Below, one piece after another: positions 1-13,432 of a stretch of 64,000 nt of DNA (positions are counted from its first letter, which is position 1; each line of letters opens with the position of its first letter). The position numbers and the translations under genes are program-made. Source of the DNA: Eledone cirrhosa (lineage: Eukaryota); NCBI GenBank assembly GCA_964016885.1, contig OZ024741.1, positions 305,598,001 through 305,662,000 of the forward strand, in the 5' to 3' direction. The notes under the pieces are model-generated. The model was not told the origin of the DNA, ran no database searches, and worked only from the letters and a program-made list of their open reading frames with translations.

Positions 1-45
1 TATGAATAAAAGTAACCAGGACTAAATACATTAAATTATTTAATT

Positions 46-103
46 GATTTACGAACGTTTCTATCAATACAGTAAAAAATTCAATACTGATTTCCTCAGA
101 ATC
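46..103 (-). ncRNA. Type I hammerhead ribozyme motif (Penelope/retrozyme-like)
   Basis: Minus strand reads GATT-CTGAGGA-A-ATCAGTA...TATTGAT-A-GAAAC-GTTC-GTA-AATC: stem I GATT/AATC, CUGANGA core, long stem II, GAAA, stem III AC/GT, GUA cleavage triplet. Confidence 0.7.
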
Positions 104-699
104 TATCACGCAATATAAATAACATAATTACTTACCGGACATTTCCATTCCGAAAACGTTAAGAAATTTACTGATATTCATATTATATACATTATTGAGA
201 AAGATTATATATATATATATTTTCATTACCACTAAAAGGCGAGCCGTGGATTACAGAGTCGGGCAAGATCGATACAGATCGAACCTTGAGCTGATCGGTG
301 GCGAAACGTGCGTCACCAACCAATAAACGTAACGAAGGAGTAACCACTCGTCCTTGTTTTATTTCATTATACTACACTGTCTCGCTCTACACCTCGATAC
401 AGATGTGAACCTAAACATCGAGTACTCACCCGGGTGAACCTACAGTAACTCCGTGTTACACTCCCTGGATATATATATATAATCTTTCTCAATAGTATAT
501 AATATGTATATCATTGAGAAAGATTATATGTATATAACTGAATCAATCAGCTCAGAGACGCACTGGCCATATACCGAGAGGAATCAACAAAGTTTGATCT
601 TCAGGTAAGCTGGGCGAAAACAGAGCTGATGCATGTCGGCAATGGCTCGGGTCTACCTCAGCTTCATATTGTCCCCGACGCCGTGGAGTTTGTCAGTTC

Positions 700-927
700 C
701 TTCATTTGAGCTTGACATTCAGCTGCAAAGGAGACTTGACCCCGGAGACCAACCACAGATATGGCCTGGCTGCCGGGGTCATGCACTCCCCATGGAAGCC
801 CCTTTGGCACCATGGCTCAATCTCCCAGAATACGAAGCTCCGTATTTACAATGCATCGGTCCTCTCCGTTCTCCTCTATGAAGCAGAAACGTGGCTCCCC
901 ACCAAGACCCTGGTAAAAAAGACATAG
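700..927 (+). pseudogene. RTE-like LINE C-terminal fragment
   Basis: KLRIYNASVLSVLLYEAETW resembles the post-RT LLYG.ETW motif of RTE-type LINEs. Confidence 0.55.
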
Positions 928-934
928 AAACATA

Positions 935-1320
935 TATATATAAACAATAAAAAAATAAAAATGAAAATTTCCCCAATAGGGGGGAAATCTCCGAGGGTTA
1001 CTCGTGGCGAAAACCACACAAAAGACCACGGCCACCCTGACCACCAGGGCAAGCCCCTCTCTCAATTTTTCCCATTCCTCAAACTACAAGCGTATATTCA
1101 GAGCGGTTCCGTTCACTCGGATCATTCTCGCTTCATTCACCCACCTTTCAACAAACTTGCTAGAAGACAGCACTTGCCTCTCCACCCTGATTTTCCTCTT
1201 CAAGTGAAACTTGAAAAAGTTAATCAGGGATTCGCCGAAGAGGAAAGTGTCTGTCTTTAACCCTTTCAACCTTGTCCACCACACAACCTCTTTCGCCATG
1301 GCCACCAGGCAGATGAAAAT
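935..1320 (-). mobile_element. L1/Tx1-clade LINE 3' end fragment
   Basis: FICLVAMAKEVVWWTRLKGLK...ARMIRVNG is homologous to the ORF2 C-termini at 1596, 8309 and 59724, and is followed by a similar 3' UTR. Confidence 0.8.
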
Positions 1321-3225
1321 AATAATAATAATAATAATAATGCTTTCTTTATTAACCACAAGGGTCTACATAAAGTAGACATTAAGGACAGTACAGGACA
1401 ATACAGGGCGGTACAAATGCGCATTTCTGCGTGTAAAAAACAAGAAACAGAGGATGTAATAATAGAACAATGAAAAATTCCCCAATAGGGGGGGGGGGAG
1501 ACTTCCGAGGGACATTCGTGGAGAAAGCCCATTAAAAAGCCACAGTGATACTGACCACCAGGGCAAGTGCCCTCTCCCAGTTTTCCACCTTTAATTTACA
1601 GACACATATTCAGAGTAGGCCCATTCACTCGGGCCATTCTTGCTTCTCTCACCCATCTTTCAACAAAATGCTGGGAAGAGAGCACTTCCCTTTCTACCCT
1701 GATTTTCCTTTTTAAATGAAATTTGAAAAAGTTAATTAGGCCATCACCGAAGAGGTAAGTGCTCGTCTTCAGCCCTTTCAAACGTGTCCACCATACTATC
1801 TCTTTCGCCATGGCCACCAGACAGATAAAAACTGCCTGCCCTTCCCGGCTAAAGGAAGAGGGCGGGGCAATCCTCACGATGGACTCAGCTGATAGCTGGA
1901 TCCGTCCTACACGTGACAGCAGGTGTTCGACATAAACCCACAAGTCAGCAATGCTCGGACACTGGACGAGTGCGTGCAGGACGGTTTCGTCACCCTGCGC
2001 GCATCTCGGACATGCCCGGCTGACGGCACCTCCATGCCTGTAGAGTTTATCCCGAACTGGCAAAGCTCCTCGGTAGCACTGCCAAGCCAGGGATTTCTGG
2101 AAGTTGTCCATAGGCCCCGGCCCGAAAGTCCTTCCGAAGAGATTGGCTAGTTGATTTTCGTCGACGCCTAGAGTTTCTCCAAGTACGTCGTCGCTCTTCC
2201 CCTCCAGTAATCCTCTATAGAACGCCAAGGTGGAGTTTCCACCGATCACATTGCCCGATTGGTCGAGGGCTGTGAGCGCCTGAAGACATTCCAGTCTCCA
2301 AGCGCTCCCTCTCGGTCTTCGATTGACCCAGGACTGCAGCTCCGTCAAGGAGACGAGCTGGGGAAAGACGTGTCTAGCAAACGGCGACCACACCTGATCA
2401 CCGTCGAGGAAGAGGTGAAGATGTCGTAGCCTGAGTGTGTGTCTGCGCATCATCAGCCACAGCATGCCCAGCCTTCCACGTAGCGGGTGTTGACAGCAGA
2501 TGGACCACCTGACCATCGGAGCGCGTCCCTTCCACAAAAAGCGAAAGAGCAAACGCTCCAGCGTAGTCAGGCGGGGCTTAGGACAAGGTACGACGGTCAG
2601 GCGGTAGCAGATGACAGACGCGATGTACGCGTTGGCCACCTTCGCTCGACCTTTCAGGGATAGCTTGCTCTCCGCCCATTTCTGGGTGAGAGAAGCTAGT
2701 CAGCTCGTCACCTCGTCCCTTTTTGTCCGTCTGGAGGTTCGGACCGAACCGGCCCCTAGCAATTTAACCGGTCCGTCCGTCCAGCGCCCGACGACGCTGT
2801 TGGACGGCATGGACCTGCCTCTCCAGGTGCCGAGCAGCAGGCCCACTGACTTTTCCTGGTTGATCATTGCTCCTGTCACCGCTTCGTATTCTCTTAGTGT
2901 AGTGCCGATCGCCTCGATGTGTTTGGCGTTCGACACCACTACGGTGACATCGTCCGCATATGCTGACACGGATCTTCCGCAACCTAGTTCGCGCGGGACC
3001 CCCGTCAACGTCTCCAGTTTGTGCAGTAATGGCTCGAGAGTCAATACGTACAAGAGGGACGAGAGGGGACATCCTTGGCGGACCGAGCGCATGATGTTGA
3101 ACGGTTCCGAAAGGTGACCGTTCACTCTCGCCACAGAGCAGATGTCGCTGTGCATGGCAGCGATCCAGCCTCTGAAGACGGGCCCAAAGCCAGCCGCCCT
3201 CATGACTGCCGCTAGGTAACGATAA
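1320..3225 (-). mobile_element. 5'-truncated L1/Tx1-clade LINE (RT plus C-terminal zf-RVT region, frameshifted)
   Basis: ORF 2700..3257 has RQGCPLS and AYADD. ORF 1596..2639 has CPRC...ETVLHALVQC. The 3' end abuts (AAT)n and the 5' end abuts (CA)n. Confidence 0.9.
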
Positions 3226-3762
3226 GAAGAGAGACACACACACACACACACACACACATATAACCTTTCTCAATAGGATATGATATATATATAAGTCTTC
3301 CAGAGTAAATTTACTACCTGGTCATTAATGTTTTTTTCTCACTGTGATACAATGAGATAAAATGGAACAGAATATCAACGAACAGCCTTTAACGGGGAGA
3401 TTGAAAACTTTTGATACTAATTACTATGTATTTTTGCGAAGAAAGTGAATACAACAGTATGTGTGCTGTATTTTAAACAGCTATAAGTATGAGTATACGC
3501 TGCAACCGTCTTAGAACGCATAAATAAATCATTTAGCACGCAAGAACAAGAAAGGAGAAGAGATATATAGTTAATGTATTTACTAGTAGTATATTGCTTG
3601 CCTGCCTGTCTATGTTAATGCCAGCGAGTAGCAATTGTTGGCTAGCTTCCTAATGAAGTAGTTTTCATTTGAATGGGATATTCAAGGATGGTTTCTCTAA
3701 AATCATGGCAAGATTCGAGCAGAGCACTACCAACTTCAGAAACACTTGAGTATTATTATTGT

Positions 3763-4515
3763 TGGCAGTATCGGTAGAGAGTCGGACAACATCCTTTGCG
3801 GCATATAGTTACGTTCCTGTACGTTCTGATTTCAAATCCCGCCGAGTTTAGCTTTGCCTTTCATCCTTACAGAGTTGATAAAATAAAGTACTAGTAGCTC
3901 ACAGAGGTCGATTAAATCGACCCCACCACCAAATTGTTGAACTTGTGTCTAAATCAGAAACCATGAAGAGTGGAGGATTATTAGTATCGGTAAGGTGTCG
4001 AGCAAAATGCTTTGCGGCATATAGTTACGACCCTTTACGTTCTGATTTCAAATTCCGCCAAGGTTAGTTTTGCCTTTCATCCTTACTGGGTCGATAAAAT
4101 AAAGTACCAGGGGCGATTTAATCCAAAGGTTGAGGGGATGAGGAGGGTGGTGGATTGGTAGCATCGGTAGAGCGTCGGACAACATCTTTGCGGCAGGTTA
4201 GCTTTGCCTTTCATCCTTACGGGTGTCGATAAAATAAAGTACCAGTTATGTATTGGTTCGATTTAATCGACTTTCTCATTCCCTTCAAATTGCTGGCCTT
4301 GTGATAACTTATTATTAAGATGAAGTGGAGAGGGGGGGGGGGGGGGTCAGTGGATCGGCAGATTCGTTTGAGAACTTTATATTCTGAGATCGAATCTCGT
4401 CGAAGTCAGCTTTACCTTTTATCTTGACCAGAGTCGATAAAATAAAGTATCTGTCTAGTTTTGGGGTCGATTTAGTCGACTTTCCCCACTGCCTAAATTG
4501 CTGGCCTAGAAATTA
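3763..4515 (+). mobile_element. Four tandem degenerate copies of tRNA-type SINE family A
   Basis: Repeated TGGCAGTATCGGTAGAG (A-box-like), TTCAAATCCC (B-box-like) and TTTGCCTTTCATCCTTAC..GTCGATAAAATAAAGTACCAG central domain. Confidence 0.8.
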
Positions 4516-6799
4516 TTAATTTTTTGTTACCATATAAGCCACTTGTGATAGCATTGTTAAATTGATTTAGTGAGATCGTGTTTTACCAGTGTACACAGAT
4601 CTTGATTAATATTGTATTTTATTTTGTAATTCATCATTTTCAGGTTATGTTATGAGAGAGGAAATGAGCTTGCTACAAAACATTTACTATGGGAGCCCAC
4701 TAATGTGAAAGCCAAACGCGGAAGACCTCTCAAGACATTAAAGAGAGTCATTAACTGAAGAACTGAGACATGCGTGATCGTGTGAGATGGAAATGTTTTA
4801 TCATGTCACCACAAAGAAGTGAATGAATTTAGAAGTAGTAGTTAGTAATTCATTTTAACAATCGTGGATCAGCTAGCCAGGATTTTAAAAACTTATACTT
4901 TGACCGCTTTCTCATTCTATATTTTAGGAATAATCTTAGATTTATGGAGAAAATGCTTAACTTGTTCAGACTTCAGTAACCCTAGAGTATAAGGTGTGAC
5001 TTTTTATTGACTTTATTATACTTCAGAGCCTCAACATGATTGCTCTATATACTAGAAATAACAGTCATGTACCCCTCGGTTCACACACTACTGCCTTACA
5101 TTTTTATCTAGAATTTTTCTGATAGGCCAATAATATCCTTAACATAATATTTTGAAATAAAATAAAACAATAGTGGAATATATCTTTCAAAAATGTTTAA
5201 TTAACCTCTATATTATTATTCAGCCCTAATTTATTTTTAAACGTAGATACAGCCTTGAAATGTAACGTAATCTACCGTTTGTAGCCCAACCTGGCAAACC
5301 TGTATACAGACAAATACATACCGTATTTTCTCGTCTGTATTACGATAGATTTTGAACAAAAATTAAGGGCAAGTGTACATATTTTTAAGAAAATTTAATG
5401 AGTTTAAAAATACTTATTTCAAATGATAAGATTGCACACGTGTTGATAACAATTGCTTACAAATGGTATTTGCTATATGGGCAATATTTGTTATTTGGGG
5501 ATCAACGTAATTAAATGTCTCAAAGACAGGACATTGGTAAAATAAATCAATAGAGGGATTACATAAAATCCGTTGTTTTACCTTAAAAACTGAATATCAG
5601 AGTGAATTATGTGTGAGCTCGAGATTTTGTTGGATAACATGGCACATTTATTTATTTATTTAATCAATTTAAATGTCCGTATAGAGCTAGTAAACCATGG
5701 CAATATAGACAGACTAGGGGAAGTATCGCGTACTCCTTACAGTTGGTAATAAAAAAAATAGCTAATGAGACAAGTAATTAAACAAATATTTTAAAAGGGA
5801 AAAGATAAAATTAAAATTTCCAATATTGAAGGCCAATGGGAGGCAGATTATGCTTAAGAAAACGAAAATAAAATGAAAATAGGAAAGAAGGGAAGCTGTA
5901 AAACAGAAGTTTCTATTGTTGAAGTTTCTGTAGCTTCCATGTACTCAAAGATTTTGTTTATATTTGGTAGACCTTTAATCATATTTGGCATAAGTTTACA
6001 AACAAATTTACATAGATACGGTTGTACCCCGGGTTATATTATAAACAAGGATGTAATTTATTCCCTCTTTTTTATTTCAGAAACCGGGATCATTTAATGC
6101 TTATGTCTTATATACAAAGAAATACTCTTGACCATAAATCTATTTATTATTCACAGTTGTAGGGTAGTGGATTGGTAATACCGATAGAACGTCGAATTGA
6201 TTATGAAATGAACGGATATGGATGTTTTACCTGTAAGTATGAAACAAACAGATATGGAAGGTTTGCCTGCAATTTGTTATGAAATATACAGATATGGAAG
6301 ACAAAAGTATAGAAAAAGGTATGAAATGAGACCGCTCAATAAAGGAGATTACTACCGAGAGTCAATCAGGGAAACTCACAGATCCAGACGAAGGCTGATA
6401 GAAGATTCATTCACATGAGCTATTCTCGCCTACTCTCATTGAATTTCAGTAAATTCATTGCAGCGTAGAAACTCCGTATCTACTCTCACTTTTGTCCGGA
6501 ACTTGAATAAATTGACGAGGACTTGGTCGAAAAGGTGCCTTCAGTAAGGACGGGGGAAGAGCATTTGCCCCCCCCCCTCCCTCCTTATTTCAGTAGTGCA
6601 CCCTCACATTTAGACAAAAATTACGGTGATAGCATATTCCCAAACTCCTCTTTAGAATTATTGAGAATAAGAGTGCCCACCTAGAATGTTCAGAAGCCTG
6701 ACAACAGGTTTGTCTCTTTTCCTTGATCACCAGATAGACAAAAACTGCCTGCCCTTCACAGCCAAAGGTAGGCGGCATACAATCATCGCCATAGAGATC

Positions 6800-6965
6800 T
6801 CTGACCCCATTTGAATTACAGGTAAAACTCTTTTTTTTCCAGTTGAGTGAACTGGACCAACGTGAAATGAAATGTCATGCTCAGAGACACAACGTGCCGC
6901 CGGGAATCGAACTCAGACCTTACGATCATGACTAATCAACCGAACAACCCAACCATTAAGCGTGG
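6800..6965 (-). mobile_element. tRNA-type CORE-like SINE family B (other copies about 37005-37125 -, 38262-38355 +, 48075-48215 -)
   Basis: B-box GAGTTCGATTCCC followed by a GTGTC(C/T)TGAGCAAGACACTTTATTTCAC-like segment shared between the copies. Confidence 0.65.
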
Positions 6966-6984
6966 CACCTTTACTTTCATAATA

Positions 6985-7331
6985 TACTCTCGGGTCTCGA
7001 ATAATCCCCCCACCCGCTTATTAAATTTTGCTAATCTATCTCCGGCAAAATTTTATTTTAAGTGGTAGCATTCCTGCGACAATTAATTTTCTTTATACGT
7101 AAAAAAACAAACAACAACAACATTATACATGACAAAAATAGTACATTGCTAGAAATCCCATACGTTATAGAATAAATAGGATGGGTTGTGGGTCTCAATA
7201 TGTAAACTAAATGTCTAATTCTAGTTTTAAAAAACACCAATCAACGGAGACCACCTATAAAAATTACCGATTCTCCAGCCCCCGCTTATCCACCCCCCGG
7301 CTTATTCCATTTCCCCCAATATTTGAGAGTA
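6985..7331. mobile_element. TA-flanked MITE (related copies about 14236-14593, 17124-17420, 17600-17765)
   Basis: Termini TACTCTCGGGTC(T/C)C(G/A)AATAA ... GAGAGTA and a shared interior (aaattttgc..atctatctccggc, gaaatcccatacgt). Confidence 0.6.
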
Positions 7332-7500
7332 GGAATTTACTATCGGACCATATCACATCCATCAAGATTGCAATTTTGATGGATGTGATTTTATATAAAA
7401 CTTAAAACAACTCAATTTGCGTGTTGTTGTTTATTTGTTTGTTTTAGTACATTATTTTAAAGCACTGTCAACCTTTTACGATTATATCTGATGAAAGGAG

Positions 7501-7700
<200 letters not shown>

Positions 7701-8308
7701 CACAAACACGCACACAAACACATAAACACGTGCGCGGACATTCCTTCTCTCTTTTCATTTCCTCCTTCACTCAATTCCAAACACACACACAACGATATAT
7801 ACATACACTCATACAGACATACATACACAACAGTAACAAGAACACCACAGCGCGGTGGAAGCATTTCTGAATTGAGGGGGGGGGGGGGGGCAAATTTAGT
7901 CAATTTAGTTGCACTCTAAAATTAGGGGCGGTGGAACAGGGAGGCGGCAGGAGGGCCATGGCCCCAACAATAATTATATTTTTCTCCTCAAACTACCAAA
8001 ACACACATCTATTTGTATATAGACTACCATTTATGTACATATGTAGAGATGGGAGGGAGAGATAGATATATATTTCTATTTATTTGCCACCAGGGCATAA
8101 AAGATTGGGGCAAATACAAAGGGGGGAGTTTACATACATTTAAAAAGACGTGTAAAAAACATATAACAAATTAAATTTAACAATCGATGTCCTCAATAGG
8201 GAGGGGCGTTGACATGGGTCGCACACACCCCCGAAAAAATGTGCAACCCTCCTCTTCAGGAGCACAAAGAGCGGGTGCTTCCTTCCTCTTCTCATTCTTC
8301 TCTCTCAC

Positions 8309-11300
8309 CTACAGGCTGATATAGAGAGAAGGCCCATTCACTCGGGCCATTCTCGCTACTTTCACCCATCTTTCATAAAACTTGCTGGGGTAGAGCACCT
8401 CTCTCTCCATTCTGATCCTTCTTCTAAAGTGGTACTTGAAAAAAAAGACCAGTTGTTGGCCGGAGAGATAGGTGTCTGACCTCAGCCCTTTCAACCTTGT
8501 CCACCATACAACTTCTTTCGCCATGGCTATCACACAGAGGAAAACCGCCTCTCCTTCGTTTTTGAAAGGGGGAGGCGGTTTGATCGTGACAATGTTCTCG
8601 GTGGTCAACCGGATTGGTCCCACCCACGACAGTAGTCGTTCTACATAGCCCCACAGGTCAGCAACGCCCGGGCAGTGTACGAATGCGTGTGCGACGGTTT
8701 CCTCGTCACGCACGCATCTCGGACAGATCTTCTTCGAGGCGTCCCTACCCGGGCGCCCGTGTCTGTAGAACTTGTCCCGAACGGGTAGAGCTCCTCGGTA
8801 ACATTGCCAAGCCAGGGACTTTTGGAAGTTGTCCATCGGTCCCGGGCCAAACGTCCTACCGAACAGACTGGCCAGCTCGTCTTCCTCCATGCCCAGAGCC
8901 TCTCCGAGAGCGTTGTCGCACTTACTGCGCACCAACCCTCTATAGAATGGAGCCCGCTTCTTCGAAAGAAATCGGAAGAGCGCGCGCTCCATTTTGGCGA
9001 GTGTTTTCTCTGGGCAAGGCACGACGGTCAAGCGGTAATAGATGACGGACGCTATATAAGCGTTCGCCACCTCCGCTCGACCTTTCAGGGATAGTTTGCA
9101 CTCGGCACACTTCTGGGCGAGTGCAAACACCTTGCCCGTTACCTCGTCCCAGTTTTTCTCCACCTGGAGGTCCGGTCCGAACCAGACCCCGAGCAGCTTC
9201 AGCGGTCCCTCCGTCCAGCGTCCGACGATGCCGTCGGAGGGCATCGTTTTGCCCCTCTACGTCCCGAGTTGCAAACCGACGGACTTGTCCCGGTTCAGCT
9301 TGGCTCCTGTGAACCTTTCATATTCCTCCAGTAAGGTGCCGATCTGCCCGATTTCCGAGGCGCACGACACCATTACTGTCACGTCATCGGCGTAGGCCGA
9401 CACCGCTTTCCGCAATCCCGGTTCCAAGGGGATGCCCTGCAACAGCTCCAGCTTCCGCAGTAGTGGCTCGAGAGCCAGCACATACAGGAGGGAGGAGAGA
9501 GGGCATCCCTGTCGAATGGATCGCGTGATTTGGAACGGCTCCGAGAGGTAGCCGTTCACCTTGACCCTCGAGCAGGTGTTGCTGCTGTGCATTGCAGCAA
9601 TCCAGCCCCTGTAAACGGGTCCGAAGCCTGCCGCCGCGAGCACCGCATCCAGGTACCGATGGTCAACTCTATCGAACGCTTTAGATTGATCCAAATTGAT
9701 CAGGGCCCCACCAAAGCCGGGTTCGTTCCCTACCCTCTCTACGATGTATCGCATGAGGTGGAGGTTGTCGTGTATGGACCTGGACGGGATTGCGCATGTC
9801 TGCGCTTCTCCCACCAGGTTCCCGACGACAAGCGCCAACCTCTTCGCTAACACCTTGGCCAAAATCTTTAACTCTGTGTTTAGCAGAGTTATGGGCCTGA
9901 AGTTATCTATGTCATCCCCCTTGTTCTCGTCCTTCCTCACCAGCGTGACTACGCCCTTGGTCACAGAACTGGGAATTCTCCCGTTCTGTTGCCAGTTGCA
10001 GTAGACCGCCTCGAGGAGACCGGAGAACAAGCCCGGCATCGCTACATAAAGTTCGTATGGTAGACCATCGAGACCCGGAGATTTGCGTTTGCCGCATTGG
10101 CTCAGCGCTTCCCCTATTTCAGCGGCTGAAATCGTCCTCTCGCAGGACTTCGCCTCCCCGCCCGAGAGCCGCGCCAGACCGTCGATGTATGGACCGAAAT
10201 CCATGGCCCCACCCGGCCCGCCGCCCCTCCCGAACAGTCGTGCAAAGCGCCGTTGAAAGGCCGCGCTCATCCGCTCAGGTTCAAGGATCACGCGTCCATC
10301 CTGGTCCTTCAAAGACCGAATCGTGGACTTGTTTCCAGTTTTGCCTCTGTCACTCGGGCCCAGCTAACAGCTTTGGCTCCCTCGTTACCCAGAGCACGTA
10401 TTTTACTCCTGACAACGCAGCCCTCGTGCTTCGCATCAAAGAACTGGTCTAGGGCCGTTCTTGACGCCAGCACGCCGGCCACGTTGCCACTCCTAATCGC
10501 CTCTTCTACTCTATTTGTTAATTCCCTTTCAGTTCTATTCCTATCTGATGCTAATTCCCGACTAAAACCTATCGATTCTATTCTAATTTCTCTCTTGAGA
10601 GAGCCCCACCACCTGTTGTTGACAATTTCCCCCGTTAAACGCTGCTTAACTAGTCTGCTAAGCTTTGTTTGTCGGTAAAGACAAGTTTAGCTTCCAGTAA
10701 CCGGGTCCCTGTCTATGAGTTCTATCAAGGTTGACCACTCCGGTCACCAACTTGTGATCCGAATAGTCAACCATGAACATTCGTGGACAGCTTAATATGT
10801 CCCTATCCTTATTTCTAACTAGGAACCTATCTAGGTACGACCTAGATGTTCCGCTGCGATTACTCCACGTCCACCGTGGCACAGTCGGAAAATCTAGTCG
10901 ATATCTATCGGCCAGATCAAATCGGCCGATTAATCGTTTGAGGCTGTTACACCCCCCTCTATCGGGACATGCCCCTACATAGTCCCAACGTGCATCCAGG
11001 ATACCATTCCAGTCCCCCACTAAAAGCAAGGAGCGAGACGTTCCTAGGAGATTCTCCAGGCGTCGGAAGAAGTCCGGTCGCGGTGTCCCCGATGGGGCAT
11101 ACGCTGCCACCAGCCTGAAAGCTCCACCTTCACTACTGCCGACGTCTAAAATCACCAGTCGACCCTCCGGGTCCAGGTGTACCTTCTGTGTGGCAAGACC
11201 CAGGTATTTTCGCAGCAGAACGACAACCCCACCCCCACCCCTCGGCTGACAGAGAGATGCGTAGATCTCAAAGTCGTCGAAGATGGGGGCCAGTTGGCGC

Positions 11301-11434
11301 TCGCTGCTGATCCTGGACTCGCAAATAACCATAACATCCACTCTGTGCGACCTGAGGTCATTTAAGAGTTTGCCCTGTTTCCAGGACATCCCCAAGCCGC
11401 GTGCATTCACACATCCAACTCTTATATTGGCCAT
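8309..11434 (-). pseudogene. ORF2 (APE endonuclease, reverse transcriptase, zf-RVT), broken into 10658..11434, 9257..10312 and 8309..9244
   Basis: VNARGL, GDWNG, YLDRF and SDHK endonuclease motifs; KSPGLDGL, RPITLLN, DQSKAFDRV, QGCPLS and YADD RT motifs. Frameshifts near 10680 and 10340, a TAG in place of Trp at 9257, and an internal deletion near 8950 relative to the copy at 1596. Confidence 0.92.
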
Positions 11435-11476
11435 GTTGGTGCTGAAGAGGTAAAAAGGAAGAGGAAAGGAAATTAC

Positions 11477-13372
11477 TTACCTCTTCGTCTCCTGGGGACC
11501 AGGCTGCACAATTTCCATGGGGGTGTTGGAAGGGTTGTTTAGTGGGGTGGTGGTTTGTGGTGGGGTGAGGACTTCAGTGTGTGGTGGGATTAGGGTGTTT
11601 GGTGGGGTGTGGGTGTCTGGTGTGGGGGTGGGGAAACATCTCAATAGGACGCTGTTATGTGGTTTGGTGCAGTTGGTCCCCACATGCATTGGATGGTTCT
11701 TTTTCAAAGTTACATAGGTTTCCGTTGGGACCCTAATCATCATTAGGTGCGGTTTGTTCGCTGCGTAGGTGAAAGTGATCCCTTCGGTTTCCACCGAAGG
11801 GTTATTTTCTATCGCTTTTATCAACGTTTTATTGTTCTTGTTAATGTATGTATAGAGTTTTTGTTGTGTTGTGTTTGTTTTTGTTTGTTGTTCTTGCGGG
11901 TGTTTGCGTTTTGTAGTACGTGTTATGTTTTGGGGAGGGGTGGGTTTTTTTATTTGTGATGTTTGTTCTGTTTGTGCTGGTGGTTGTGTGTTTGTGGCAT
12001 TTTTGTTAATGTGGTGCCTTTTTTTTTCATTTTCACCTGTTGAAAGGGTTCTCCCTCGTCGTCACTGGGTGACGTTGATACGGAGTCCTCTTCCGTGTTG
12101 TTGGGGAGGGGTATATTTTGGGGTTTTGTTGTGGTTGCTTTTGTATTTGTTTTAGGTGGGGAGGGGTTGGGTGGAACAGTGTTTTGTGTTGTTATTTTTC
12201 CGTGTTGTTGTTGTGGTGGTGGTGGTGGTGGTTGTGTTGTTGTGTTCGGGGTTGGCAGAAGAGCCTTTTTTTTTTGACTCGTTAATTGAGGACAGGCAGC
12301 CCTCAGGTGACCCCTGCTTAAGCAGTGGTAACATGACGGCCGCTTTCCCTCCACTGAAATGTTTATATAAGTTAGCCCGTCCAGAGGCACGCGTTGTGGG
12401 ATATTCGCTATTCGTTCTGGGCTCATTTGCACCAGAACTTCTACGGTGGTCCCACCAAATACACCTCCAGAGGACTTTCCTATTGCAATTATCTTGTCTT
12501 CGTCAAAGTTAATGATTCCACATAGTATCCACCAAATATTTACATTATTTTTATTCTTTGTGTCCTTTTTCCCCTGTATGTGGGGAAAAAGGTGAAGCGG
12601 GGGGACACAATCGGTGATACCGAGTACTTTTGAGCTGTTGACTGGTTGTTCATTAGCACCGAAATGCTTCCAAACAGTTTACCTTTTTGTCTGAAGGTTA
12701 AGTCCTTCATTGCATCTTTTAGAACCAGCCTAATTTCATTTTGTGATAATTGAGCTGGTTTTCTTGTTTCGTTCGATATTGTCCTGAAAACTGTGGTTTT
12801 CAGGACAGCCTCTCTACGTAATTCCTGTGGAGAATTGATGCTAAAAGCACCTTTTCGCCAAAAGTCACGAATTGTTTTGCGTCTTGTAATAGTTGCTTAA
12901 CATTTGTTATGTCTATTGGCGTGTATAGTTCGTTTTTTTTTACAGTCTGTGCGAATGTTGTTTTGGTGTTGTTGTCTTTTTTGTTACTGTCACTGTTGGT
13001 AATATTGTTCATGTTTTCCTTGGTGTTGCTATTGTTGCAGTTGTTGGTTGTGGTGTTATTGTCATTGTTGTTGTTGGTGCTGGTATTATTTACCGGGTTT
13101 GGTTTCGTGGTTTCGATATTTTTCACGTTTTTCGATGATGCGAGGGGGGAAGGCTGCAAGCTTTGTACTCCTACCTTCCCTCCACCACTTTTCTTAGTGG
13201 GCGTGGCACTCACGACAGTGTGCGAGGTGGAAATGGCATCCATTGCCACCAAGTCTACAGTTTTGAGATGAAAATTGAAAATTTCGCCCCAGAAAGGGGC
13301 GAAAATTAGTTGACTCAACGTCTGACGGCCCAGGCAAGGGGTTAAACTAAACAATGTTATTAAATTGAGCAA
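11477..13372 (-). pseudogene. ORF1 (gag-like nucleic-acid-binding protein), fragmented
   Basis: CYHCLSRGHLRAAC zinc knuckle in 11950..12432, Asn/Thr-rich linkers, located directly upstream of ORF2. Confidence 0.75.
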
Positions 13373-13432
13373 TAAACTCAGTTTTCTTTATAATAATCCG
13401 TAAAAATCCGGAGCAAAATAAATCACGTCTAT

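Larger units (their letters stand above)
8065..13432 (-). mobile_element. Near full-length L1/Tx1-clade non-LTR retrotransposon (ORF1 plus ORF2, disrupted)
   Basis: 5' UTR, ORF1 pieces with a CCHC knuckle, ORF2 with APE endonuclease, RT and C-terminal zinc finger, and a 3' UTR ending AATAAATAGAAATATATATC. Confidence 0.93.
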
